A stretch of DNA of 62,267 nt, counting the filler. It is 5 parts of 5 records of this genome, joined end to end, with 100 filler letters (N's around TTAATTAATTAA, not from the genome) between each part and the next. Parts side by side here need not be neighbours in the genome. Positions count along the whole stretch, not along the records: positions 24,310 to 40,816 come from SRR31156797_803; 4 more parts are not named here. One strand, 5' to 3'. The notes beneath the pieces are model-generated. The model saw only the letters and a list, made by a program, of their open reading frames with translations, was not told the DNA's origin and made no database searches. A program made the translations under genes and the position numbers. Shown here one piece after another: positions 29,950 to 38,093 of this stretch (position 1 is the stretch's first letter; the number at the start of each line of letters is the position of its first letter).

Positions 29950-31089
29950 CTATATTGAAATAGGGTATTTCCCGAATTTCTCAACGGATTTTATCATGGC
30001 CTGCATATTCTCCATGGATGCATCCAAGGGCACGGTGCAGCCGGGCCCCAGGACAAACCGCCCTCCCGGACCGCATTTCCGGATCAATTCCACGCATGCT
30101 TCTTCCACGTCCGAAGGCGAGCCGTGCAACAACACATCCACAGGATGAAGATTCCCCATCACCATGGCGGGAAACAGTTGTTCCTTTGCCCTGGCCAGGG
30201 CATCCGCGCCCCCATATTCCGGCATGAAAAAGCTGTGGCAATGGTCCAGATAGGTTTTCCAGACTTCTATCCCGGGCTCAAACGGCCCGACTGAACAGGC
30301 ATGCAGGGTGGTATCCCGCTCGAACTCGTCCCAGATCCGCTTAAAAAGCGTCGGCGGATGATCCCCTTCCACCCACACGGGTCTCTTGACGAATTCCTCA
30401 GAGCCGACCTTATGCGCCAGTTCCGTGTGCGAGATAAAGCCCGCGGCGCCCACCTTGATCTGGGCCTTGGCAAATTCATAGGATGTTTGGATAATGACCT
30501 CTTCCACGGTTTTCCAGAATTCAACGTCCTTTTCCATGGCCATGAACATCTGGGTCCATCCCATGAGCGACCCTCCGATATGAACGGCTGCATCGCACAT
30601 GCCTCCTACCGGCCACTCCCCTTGCAGTTCTTTATTGGTCAACTCAATGGCCTTAATGATCACGGGCATCCTTCCGTGCCGATGGGGATCCGCCGGTTTC
30701 AGTTTTCTGGCTTCTTTCAGATTCTTCACCAACGGATCGCCGTAGCCGGGTTCTTTAACCGGATCTCCCTTATAAAGTCGGTGCGGGTGGGTGGGAATGA
30801 AATCGCGCCATTTCAGGGAAGGATAGGTTAAGCCATTGGCTTCCGCAATGGCTTCATAGGTCACGGAAACATCCGGCAGTGCGGCAACCGAATCAACCCC
30901 CATCTCCCGCGCAGCCCATATCATGCATTTCGCCAGTCGTTCCGGATCGTATGAATAATCCAGAAAAGAATCCTTTCCGTACAATTGGGCCCAGGCCCAG
31001 TCGATGAACACCCCAAACACGGGAACTCTGTCGGTTTCCTGACACATGGCCGTGGCCATCATCCGCTCCGTTGCCGTCATCTTCGCCAT
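29950..31089 (-). CDS. URO-D/MtaA/CmuA-fold corrinoid methyltransferase (MT1-type)
   Basis: ERM..DRVPV, GRMP, Zn ligands LHAC and PGC, GNLHP, ENMQAM; adjacent to the corrinoid protein. Confidence 0.85.
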   Translation of the reverse strand: MAKMTATERMMATAMCQETDRVPVFGVFIDWAWAQLYGKDSFLDYSYDPERLAKCMIWAAREMGVDSVAALPDVSVTYEAIAEANGLTYPSLKWRDFIPTHPHRLYKGDPVKEPGYGDPLVKNLKEARKLKPADPHRHGRMPVIIKAIELTNKELQGEWPVGGMCDAAVHIGGSLMGWTQMFMAMEKDVEFWKTVEEVIIQTSYEFAKAQIKVGAAGFISHTELAHKVGSEEFVKRPVWVEGDHPPTLFKRIWDEFERDTTLHACSVGPFEPGIEVWKTYLDHCHSFFMPEYGGADALARAKEQLFPAMVMGNLHPVDVLLHGSPSDVEEACVELIRKCGPGGRFVLGPGCTVPLDASMENMQAMIKSVEKFGKYPISI

Positions 31090-31091
31090 TG

Positions 31092-31754
31092 CTATCGCCC
31101 TCCCATGTATTCGGTTGCCAGTTTCACGGCATCCGATGCATGCCGCCCGTAATCCACATTCATTTGATCCGCATATTTATCCGTGATAACCGATCCACCC
31201 AAAATGACCTTGACTTTGTCCCGAAGTTCGGCTTCTTCCATAAAATCCAGAATTTCTTCAATTTTTTTAAAACCCGATGACTGATAGGATGAAATGCCCA
31301 GAATATCCGCACCGGTTTCCTGAACCTTGTGAACAAAGTGGATCGACGGAACATCCCGCCCCAGATAATCCACCTTGAATCCGGCCGCGATGAGCGCCAA
31401 AGCCGCCATTTTCCCTCCCAGGTCATGGGTGTCCCCGGCCGGAGTTCCCAACACTACCGTGCCCAAAGCATCTTCATCCTTCATTTCCATGTGGGGTTCC
31501 AGAATTTCCAAAGCCCTTCGGACCCCTTCCATTGACATGAGAAAGACGGGATGCAACCATACCTTGTCCCCTCCGAAGAGCTTGGTTTCAAGTTCCTTTA
31601 TGCCGTCGCTCAATGCATCCCTCATGAGCCGTTCGGGCGGCAGCCCCGCTTCCAATGCCTGTTCTGCAATATCCGGCGCGCCATCGAAATCCGCGTCCAA
31701 CACCGCATTTTTCAGTTTGGCGACCCAAAGATCCTTCTCTTTTTCAGCAACCAT
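31092..31754 (-). CDS. Corrinoid (B12-binding) protein, MtaC/OdmA-like
   Basis: Four-helix cap, then GDTHDLG (DxHxxG), LGRDVP, GISS and LGG. Confidence 0.92.
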   Translation of the reverse strand: MVAEKEKDLWVAKLKNAVLDADFDGAPDIAEQALEAGLPPERLMRDALSDGIKELETKLFGGDKVWLHPVFLMSMEGVRRALEILEPHMEMKDEDALGTVVLGTPAGDTHDLGGKMAALALIAAGFKVDYLGRDVPSIHFVHKVQETGADILGISSYQSSGFKKIEEILDFMEEAELRDKVKVILGGSVITDKYADQMNVDYGRHASDAVKLATEYMGGR

Positions 31755-31818
31755 TCTTTCTCCTCCTCTTGCATGGAATCATATGCCCTCCTCACATTGA
31801 CAAAGGGAATCCATAAAC

Positions 31819-31886
31819 AAAAAAAGCTGCCTCGCCCTGCGTCGGGCAAAGGCAGCCTCATTACCGCATTATCATCAAAATTATGC
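31819..31886 (-). promoter_or_regulatory. ANTAR-type attenuator upstream of the corrinoid genes (clear P2 and terminator, weak P1)
   Basis: P2 GCGGT-AATGAG-GCTGC (31867-31852) overlaps the terminator GCTGCCTTTGCCC-GACGCA-GGGCGAGGCAGC-T7. An upstream GATGAT loop has a weak stem. Confidence 0.75.
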
Positions 31887-32007
31887 TTGAACTTCGCCGG
31901 CCGGAAGGTTTACATGGCGTTTTCAAGAAGCCGGCATTCAATAAATCTTTCACTTTCCTCAAAAACAATTTGATAAATAAATGATGGTTCAGCTCTCTGC
32001 CCGCCGA

Positions 32008-33228
32008 TTATCTCTTATCCCAAGGCTTCATTGCCCGTGTCTTCCATCCCCCTTCAAGCACGGGGAAGGATAGCTCCTGGTAACCGTCGTGCCACTGATG
32101 GGCCGTGCACAGATGAATGGCAACGTTGTCTTTGCCGTATTTCACATCCCCCATGACAGTCCCTTTGAAGTCATTTTCTAAAACAGCCTTTTTAATGGCG
32201 GCGGAGTCCAATGTGCCTGCCTTTTCAATGGCCTCCCAGAGGATCTGGCACAATGCGTAATAGAGCCCTATGGAAACCGAATGTTTGTCAAAATCTTTAT
32301 GGTATCGCGTCCCCAGTTCTTTAGCACCGGGATATGGAAAATCTTCCGACCAGAACCCGTCCATCAGAATTGCTTCGGAATCCGGTCCCAGCGCGTTGTA
32401 AAACTCATGGGCCCAGGTTCCCTTGACGCCGTAGATATACTTCACGTTAAGATCTGCCTCTTTCAGCTGACGAACAAAGGTAATACAGTCCCCGTCCGCG
32501 GCAAAGATCAGGATGCCGTCCACCTTCTTGCTCCTGAGTTTGAGGATCTGGGATGAATAGTCCTTTGCGCCGACGGCCAACGGTTCATCCACCACAAATT
32601 TATAGCCATATTTCTTTGCCATCTCCTTGAATGCCCCGCCGAAGGCCCTGCCGTCGATGGTATCCTCCATGAGCATGGCAAGCCTCTTGGGCCTGTCTTT
32701 CTTATCCATGCTGTTCAGAATTTCATAAGGGTTTGAGGCGGCTTGCATGATGTCGAAGAAGTAGAGGGTCGACCACTTGAATTTCTGCTGGGCCCAGGGC
32801 GGGACGAGACAGGTGGTTGCATGATAATACTTTTTGTATTTGTCGGCGGTCATGCAGGTGGGGATCACATGGTTGGTGGTAAACCCGGACAACAGGACGT
32901 CGGCCCTGTCGACCTTTATGAGTTTTTCCGTTGCCGCCACCGCCTTTCCCGGATCACTCTCGGCATCTGCAATGATCAGTTCAACGGGAAGCTTTTTCCC
33001 ATATTCCTTCACATAAATGCCGCCATTTTTGTTGATATCGGCCACCGCCTGTTCATAAGCCCACTTCTGTTCAAGGGCGGCCCCTGCCAGAATCCCGGTC
33101 AGTGGAAGGGGAGTGCCGATCTTGATGGTCTTCTTTTCCTCAGCCGATACCGGCACAGACAAAAGGGTGAGAATCGCCAAAACCAAAAAAACCATTCCAA
33201 ACTTCATAAAACCCGATTCTTTCTTCAT
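32008..33228 (-). CDS. HAAT (LivK-like) ABC substrate-binding protein
   Basis: Signal peptide, IKIGTPLPLTG, INKNGGI and DAESDP. Confidence 0.9.
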   Translation of the reverse strand: MKKESGFMKFGMVFLVLAILTLLSVPVSAEEKKTIKIGTPLPLTGILAGAALEQKWAYEQAVADINKNGGIYVKEYGKKLPVELIIADAESDPGKAVAATEKLIKVDRADVLLSGFTTNHVIPTCMTADKYKKYYHATTCLVPPWAQQKFKWSTLYFFDIMQAASNPYEILNSMDKKDRPKRLAMLMEDTIDGRAFGGAFKEMAKKYGYKFVVDEPLAVGAKDYSSQILKLRSKKVDGILIFAADGDCITFVRQLKEADLNVKYIYGVKGTWAHEFYNALGPDSEAILMDGFWSEDFPYPGAKELGTRYHKDFDKHSVSIGLYYALCQILWEAIEKAGTLDSAAIKKAVLENDFKGTVMGDVKYGKDNVAIHLCTAHQWHDGYQELSFPVLEGGWKTRAMKPWDKR

Positions 33229-33255
33229 GTCACATCTCCTTCCTTCTTGAAAAAA

Positions 33256-34215
33256 TTAATAAGTTGGATTCGGCCTCCCTTTTCCGAAAAGCCTTTTCAA
33301 TTTGATCCTGATCAATCCTTCCGGAAGAAACAGGATGGATAAGATAATGAGGATTCCCGAGATGATGGGGTGGATATGCGGAAGCCAAATTTTCACCAAT
33401 TCAAAAACGCCCGTCAGCGCAAATGCACCGATGATTGGACCGGCTAAGGTTCCGGCGCCCCCCAAGACACACATGAGGATCGGATAGAGGGTCCAGCTAA
33501 GGCCAAAAAAGTTTTGGGGATGAATATGAAAAAGATAGTAGGCTTGAACACTGCCGCAAAGGCCGCTTAAGAATGCATAAACCGCAAAAGAGAACAATTT
33601 ATATCTGAGAACGCCGATTCCGTTGGCAAGCGCCGCGGTTTCATCCTCCCGGATGGCAATCAACGCCAATCCGATGCGGGATCTCATGATGAAAAAGACG
33701 GCCGCCGTGGCAAATACCGCCAGGAACAGGGCCACGTAATAATAGGGGAGCATGGCGCTGTAGGAGCTTGAGGGCAGATATTTTCCCATGGACCCCCCCG
33801 TAAAAGCGCCCCCCTGAATGAAGATGAGGCGCAGGACCTCCCCCAACCCCAGGGTGCCCAGGGAAAAATAGTCGCCCCGCAGTTTCCGAAGGAGCGGTAT
33901 GCCCACCAAAACCGCCAGGAATGCCGGAATCAGACCGCTCAGGATCATGGCCAGCGGATTGAAATAGCCTAAGTTGGCGCTCTCCCACAAAATGGCTGTC
34001 ACGTAGGCGCCCAGACCGAAAAAGGCATGCTGACCCAGGGAAACCTGACCGGTATACCCGCCAATAATGTTAAACCCCTGACCCATGGCGAGATAGGTGA
34101 ACGCCATGAAGAGATAGTAGACAAAATAGTTGTTTTCAGCGTCCAGTATCAGCGGAATCATCGCCAAAAAGGCAACAGCTGCGAAACATGAAATGGTTCC
34201 TTTTTGATGGCTCAT
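33256..34215 (-). CDS. HAAT ABC permease (LivM-like)
   Basis: GYTGQVSLGQHAFFGLGAY, LRGDYF, AIREDE and LGGAGT..GP. Confidence 0.9.
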   Translation of the reverse strand: MSHQKGTISCFAAVAFLAMIPLILDAENNYFVYYLFMAFTYLAMGQGFNIIGGYTGQVSLGQHAFFGLGAYVTAILWESANLGYFNPLAMILSGLIPAFLAVLVGIPLLRKLRGDYFSLGTLGLGEVLRLIFIQGGAFTGGSMGKYLPSSSYSAMLPYYYVALFLAVFATAAVFFIMRSRIGLALIAIREDETAALANGIGVLRYKLFSFAVYAFLSGLCGSVQAYYLFHIHPQNFFGLSWTLYPILMCVLGGAGTLAGPIIGAFALTGVFELVKIWLPHIHPIISGILIILSILFLPEGLIRIKLKRLFGKGRPNPTY

Positions 34216-35120
34216 GGTCTTTCCGCACTCATGGAGGTTCTGGTGAAAAGGCCTTCCGGTTTAAAAAGGAGCACCATCATGAAAGCCCCGTAGGAGAGCA
34301 CATCGGCCCATCCACCGGTCCAGATGAAGGAACCCACGCTTTCGATGACGCCCAGGATGATGCCGCCCAAAAGCGCACCGAATATGCTGCCCATTCCTCC
34401 TAGGGCCAGTGCAATCATCGCCTTGAGGCTGAAAATAAACCCGAAATAAGGGTCAAAGGAATAGGTGGTGGCAGTGGCCACACCGGCCAGACCGGCCAGG
34501 CCGATCCCCATGGAAAAAGTGAGCGTGTTCACCTTGTGGGGGGTGATGCCCACCAGGGTCGCGGACTCCACGTTCTCCGACGCCGCCCGGACCGCCTTTC
34601 CCAGCATGGTCTTTTTCAGGAAAAGCGTCACCGCAATGGTTGCCAAAAGCGCCATGATAAAAGCCATGAGACGGCTGAAGGAGAAATGGATCTCCAGGAT
34701 AGAAAAGCCAAAACCCGTGTAGTCCGTGCGAATGGCCCTGCTGTTGGGTGTCCACAGGACGGACATGAGGTTTTCCAGAAATGCCATCAAACCGAATGAA
34801 AGCAACAGGGAGGCGGCCTTCCCGGTTTCTCCCCTGCCCGACACTTTCTTGAAGAGCAGACGATAAACGCCCGCGCCGAACAACATGGCACAGGGGACCA
34901 CAACCAGGATGGAAAGATAGGGATTAACACCCAATAGACTGAATAGCCAGAAAGCGCCGTAGGCCCCCAGCACAATCATCACCCCCTGGGCAATGAAAAT
35001 GATCTGCATGGTTCCGAAAATCAGGCTGAGTCCGAGGGCCGCGATCCCGTACATGGTCCCGAAAAGAATACCGTTCACCAGAACCTGGATCAAAATATCG
35101 ATGGAATCAAAACCGAACAT
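34212..35120 (-). CDS. HAAT ABC permease (LivH-like)
   Basis: GLSLIFG, GKAVRAASEN and LGGMGS motifs. Confidence 0.9.
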   Translation of the reverse strand: MFGFDSIDILIQVLVNGILFGTMYGIAALGLSLIFGTMQIIFIAQGVMIVLGAYGAFWLFSLLGVNPYLSILVVVPCAMLFGAGVYRLLFKKVSGRGETGKAASLLLSFGLMAFLENLMSVLWTPNSRAIRTDYTGFGFSILEIHFSFSRLMAFIMALLATIAVTLFLKKTMLGKAVRAASENVESATLVGITPHKVNTLTFSMGIGLAGLAGVATATTYSFDPYFGFIFSLKAMIALALGGMGSIFGALLGGIILGVIESVGSFIWTGGWADVLSYGAFMMVLLFKPEGLFTRTSMSAERP

Positions 35121-35126
35121 ATCAGG

Positions 35127-35849
35127 CTACCTCAATGACCCCATATAGGCCTTCTGGATTTCAGGGTTGGCCAACAGTTCGTCCCCTTCTCCCTTAAGGG
35201 TGATCCGGCCCGTTTTAAGGACAAGGCCGTGTTGGGCGATCTTCAGTGCCCGATGGATATTCTGCTCCACCAGAAGAAGGGTCATTTTCTGCCGGTTCAA
35301 GGTCTCTATGATTTCAAACACGGTCTTCACAATGAGCGGCGCCAGCCCGAGGGAAGGTTCATCCAGCATCAAAAGCTTCGGTTTAGACATGAGGGCCCTT
35401 CCGATGGCCACCATTTGCTGTTCCCCGCCGCTCATCTTTCCGGTAATCTGATGCTTTCTTTTCTTCACGATGGGAAAAATTTCCATGACCCACTCCAGGG
35501 TCTCCATCAACCGGGGTCTGGCCCGCTTTGTGAAAGCCCCCAGTTCAAGGTTCTCCAAAACGGTGAGCCTTGTAAAAAGGCCCCGCCCTTCGGGAACGAG
35601 GGAAATACCGCGCTCCACCATTGTTTCGGCGCCTTTGCCATCCACGCGGGAACCTGAAAACACCACCTCCCCGGAGGTGGGTTTCACCAGCCCGGAAACG
35701 GTTCTGAGGATGGTCGATTTTCCCGCGCCGTTGGACCCGATGATGGCGTAAACTTCCCCTTTTTGAACATGGAAACCGATATCCCACAGTGCCTGGGCGT
35801 CACCGTACGACACGTTGAGGTCCTTTACCCTAAGCAGGGGATTCGCCAA
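35127..35849 (-). CDS. HAAT ABC ATP-binding protein (LivF-like)
   Basis: GSNGAGKST, VPEGR, MSGGEQQM and DEPSLGLAP; likely TTG start at 35849 after GGAGG. Confidence 0.9.
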   Translation of the reverse strand: MANPLLRVKDLNVSYGDAQALWDIGFHVQKGEVYAIIGSNGAGKSTILRTVSGLVKPTSGEVVFSGSRVDGKGAETMVERGISLVPEGRGLFTRLTVLENLELGAFTKRARPRLMETLEWVMEIFPIVKKRKHQITGKMSGGEQQMVAIGRALMSKPKLLMLDEPSLGLAPLIVKTVFEIIETLNRQKMTLLLVEQNIHRALKIAQHGLVLKTGRITLKGEGDELLANPEIQKAYMGSLR

Positions 35850-36579
35850 GATACGCCTCCACCACCTTTGGATCCGCGGCAATATCCGCCGTTTTGCCTT
35901 GCGCCAGCATCTTGCCGTAATCCAACACGACAATTCGGTCGCAGATGCTGAATACCGCATCAATTTTATGTTCGACCCACAGGATGGAAACACCGTGGGT
36001 TTCACGGATATCCACAATGAGATCCATAATGGTATGGGTTTCAGTGGGATTGAGCCCGGCCAGGGGTTCATCCAAAAGCGCCAGACCCGGTTGGGAGGCA
36101 AGGGCCCGGGCAATCTCCACAAGCCTTCGGTTTGAAATGGTGAGCTGGGAAACGACTTTGTCCTTCAGATCCAGCAGGTTCAGCATCTCCAGATAGTGAA
36201 GGGCATCCTGTCCTGCCCTCTTTTTGCTTCTGCCATTGCCATAAATGGCGCCCACAACAACGTTTTCCAAAACCGTCATGGAAGGAAAGATCCTGACCAG
36301 TTGAAAGGTCCTGGCAATACCGCGCCTGCAGATACGATCGGGGCTGAGACCCACCAGATCTTTCCCTTTGTACTGGACGGAACCGGCATCAGGCCGATAG
36401 ATCCCGGTGATCACGTTGAAAAGAGTGGTCTTGCCGGCGCCATTGGGCCCAATGAGCCCCATGATCTCTTTTTCATGGATATCAAAAGAGACATCTCTTA
36501 AAACCGTCAATCCCCCAAAATTCTTTGAAAGTCGATCGATTTGAAACAACATGCCGGAATTCCCTGTGGTGTCAGTCAA
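35830..36579 (-). CDS. HAAT ABC ATP-binding protein (LivG-like)
   Basis: KNFGGL, GPNGAGKTT, ARTFQ, DEPLAGL and VEAYLG. Confidence 0.9.
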   Translation of the reverse strand: MTDTTGNSGMLFQIDRLSKNFGGLTVLRDVSFDIHEKEIMGLIGPNGAGKTTLFNVITGIYRPDAGSVQYKGKDLVGLSPDRICRRGIARTFQLVRIFPSMTVLENVVVGAIYGNGRSKKRAGQDALHYLEMLNLLDLKDKVVSQLTISNRRLVEIARALASQPGLALLDEPLAGLNPTETHTIMDLIVDIRETHGVSILWVEHKIDAVFSICDRIVVLDYGKMLAQGKTADIAADPKVVEAYLGESPA

Positions 36580-36608
36580 AGTCCGTTCACCCGTTCACAC
36601 ACGCCGCC

Positions 36609-37397
36609 TTATACATGCCCGTGCATATTGCACAAAACATGTTGATTCATGCCGCCGTCGCAGGGGATGTTGGCGCCTCTGATCCACCCGCTCTCTTCGC
36701 TTAATAGAAAGGCGATCACCGGCGCAATATCTTCCGGCCGCCCCGGACGATCCATGACTTTCGCGTCTTCTTCTGCGCGGGCGCCCAAGGTTTCAAGAAA
36801 ATCCGGAAGTATGGGCGTCTCCACGGGGCCGGGGCTGACGGCATTGATCCGGATTCCCCGGTCGCGCCAGGTCCAGCGGTTCATCATGGTCCAGACAATA
36901 AGCGCTTCTTTTGAAAAGAAATAGGATCGGCCACCCTTTTGCGTCACGCCCGTTTCTTCGCAGAGCGCCTCAACCCCATGGAAATCCCTTAACGCCAGCA
37001 TTGCCTTGATCTGATCGCCGGTCTCAGGCCAACCGAGTCCCGCAAGGGAAGCCACGTTAACAATGGACGCATTGTCGTTGAGCTTGTCTATCATCAATTC
37101 CGTAAAGTGTCTGAGCCCCAGAAAATTGACCTTCAAGACCAGTACCCGATCTTTTGTGGGCGGGAGGCCCGCGATGTTGCACAGGCCGTCAATTCCGACC
37201 GGAATCGCATGGACAGCCGCCTCGATGGAGGCCGGATTGGACAGATCGGCTTTTATGAATTGATCCACATTTTCTTCCGGTTCATTTAAATCAACACCGA
37301 TGACCGTTGCACCCTTTGCCTTCAGCACCTTTGCCGTCTCGGCCCCTATGCCCGAGGCCGCTCCCGTCACTACGATTTTTTTATTTTCCAGGGACAT
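36609..37397 (-). CDS. calA: SDR dehydrogenase, coniferyl-alcohol dehydrogenase (CalA)/3alpha-HSD-like
   Basis: NKKIVVTGAASGIGAETA, IDGLCNIAG, YFFSK-EALIVW and PGPVETPIL closely resemble recalled CalA; RBS AAGGAGG. Confidence 0.7.
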   Translation of the reverse strand: MSLENKKIVVTGAASGIGAETAKVLKAKGATVIGVDLNEPEENVDQFIKADLSNPASIEAAVHAIPVGIDGLCNIAGLPPTKDRVLVLKVNFLGLRHFTELMIDKLNDNASIVNVASLAGLGWPETGDQIKAMLALRDFHGVEALCEETGVTQKGGRSYFFSKEALIVWTMMNRWTWRDRGIRINAVSPGPVETPILPDFLETLGARAEEDAKVMDRPGRPEDIAPVIAFLLSEESGWIRGANIPCDGGMNQHVLCNMHGHV

Positions 37398-37414
37398 GCT
37401 TTACCTCCTTAAAT

Positions 37415-37484
37415 AAAAAAACCCCCTTTGCCCTTCTGCAGGCAAAGGAGGCGCCGTTACCTCCTGAAAGCATCATCGCTTCCA
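37415..37484 (-). promoter_or_regulatory. ANTAR dual-hairpin attenuator 2 (gene-proximal)
   Basis: P1 GGAAGC-GATGAT-GCTTTC; P2 GGAGGT-AACGGC-GCCTCC; terminator GCCTCCTTTGCC-TGCAGAAG-GGCAAAGGGGGT-T6 shares the 3' arm of P2. Confidence 0.85.
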
Positions 37485-37493
37485 GCATTGCAC

Positions 37494-37566
37494 AAAAAAA
37501 AGCCTCTCCACCTAAAAGCAGGTGAAAGAGGCGTCATTACCTCTGAAAATGCCTCATTACATTTTC
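37494..37566 (-). promoter_or_regulatory. ANTAR dual-hairpin attenuator 1 (promoter-proximal)
   Basis: P1 GAAAATGT-AATGAG-GCATTTTC; P2 AGAGGT-AATGAC-GCCTCT; terminator GCCTCTTTCACCT-GCTTTT-AGGTGGAGAGGC-T8. Both loops are AxxGxx. Confidence 0.9.
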
Positions 37567-37584
37567 AAATCAGTATTGAAACTC

Positions 37585-37613
37585 AGGGTAACTTTCGATT
37601 TTATCCGTGTCAA
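37585..37613 (-). promoter_or_regulatory. Putative sigma70 promoter of the SDR-ABC-corrinoid operon
   Basis: TTGACA (37613-37608), 17-nt spacer, TACCCT (37590-37585), about 20 nt upstream of the first P1 hairpin. Confidence 0.6.
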
Positions 37614-37883
37614 GAAAAAAATCACAAGGCAATCACAAACAATAGTGCACAACAAATCATACAAATCACTGTCCGCCGCCCGCATTTGGGTACCGTCCCG
37701 GATGAGGTTGGATGTTCGGCCAAAGGCCATCATTATAAGGGAAAACAAAACCCATGTGATTAGAGATCCAAGGGGGTGACCACGGATCAAATCAGAGAAC
37801 CAACTGGTATAAATGCACAGAAACTTTTTTCTTGACATTGTTTAAAAAACAATATCTGATGCTTTCTAATTAAAAATCAGATT

Positions 37884-37959
37884 AGAGGTAACGGTGCCTC
37901 TTTTGCGTGACGTTGCGCATGTTTTGTAATGCAATGTCGTGTAAAAGGGGTTTTTTTTT
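37884..37959 (+). promoter_or_regulatory. ANTAR-type hairpin and overlapping long terminator upstream of the divergent ABC operon
   Basis: AGAGGT-AACGGT-GCCTCT. The 3' arm starts a 22-bp G:U-rich stem (37896-37951) followed by a T run. TTGACA lies at 37832. Confidence 0.78.
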
Positions 37960-38093
37960 GGGGGGGCGGTGTTCTCTGTACCCTATGATGCGCAAACCCA
38001 TTCCTAAATGAAGTCCAGGGGGATTTGTTCGGTTTCCGATAGAGGGTATCAGAGGTAAATGCTCACATTTACAAATGAAAGGAGTTTGCGGAC

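Noticed and set aside
31744-31782. Tiny minus-strand uORF (MIPCKRRRKNGC) with an SD-like sequence, overlapping the corrinoid gene start
   Set aside because: Too short to support without conservation data, and it may arise by chance in a purine-rich RBS region.
35850-36122. N-terminal extension of the LivF-like ORF (possible frameshift fusion with LivG)
   Set aside because: It is an alternate-frame overlap with the LivG-like gene. A GGAGG plus TTG start at 35849 explains the gene.
37557-37838. 93-aa hydrophobic minus-strand ORF in the divergent promoter region
   Set aside because: It has no recognisable motif and overlaps the predicted promoters and the first ANTAR hairpin, so it is likely spurious.
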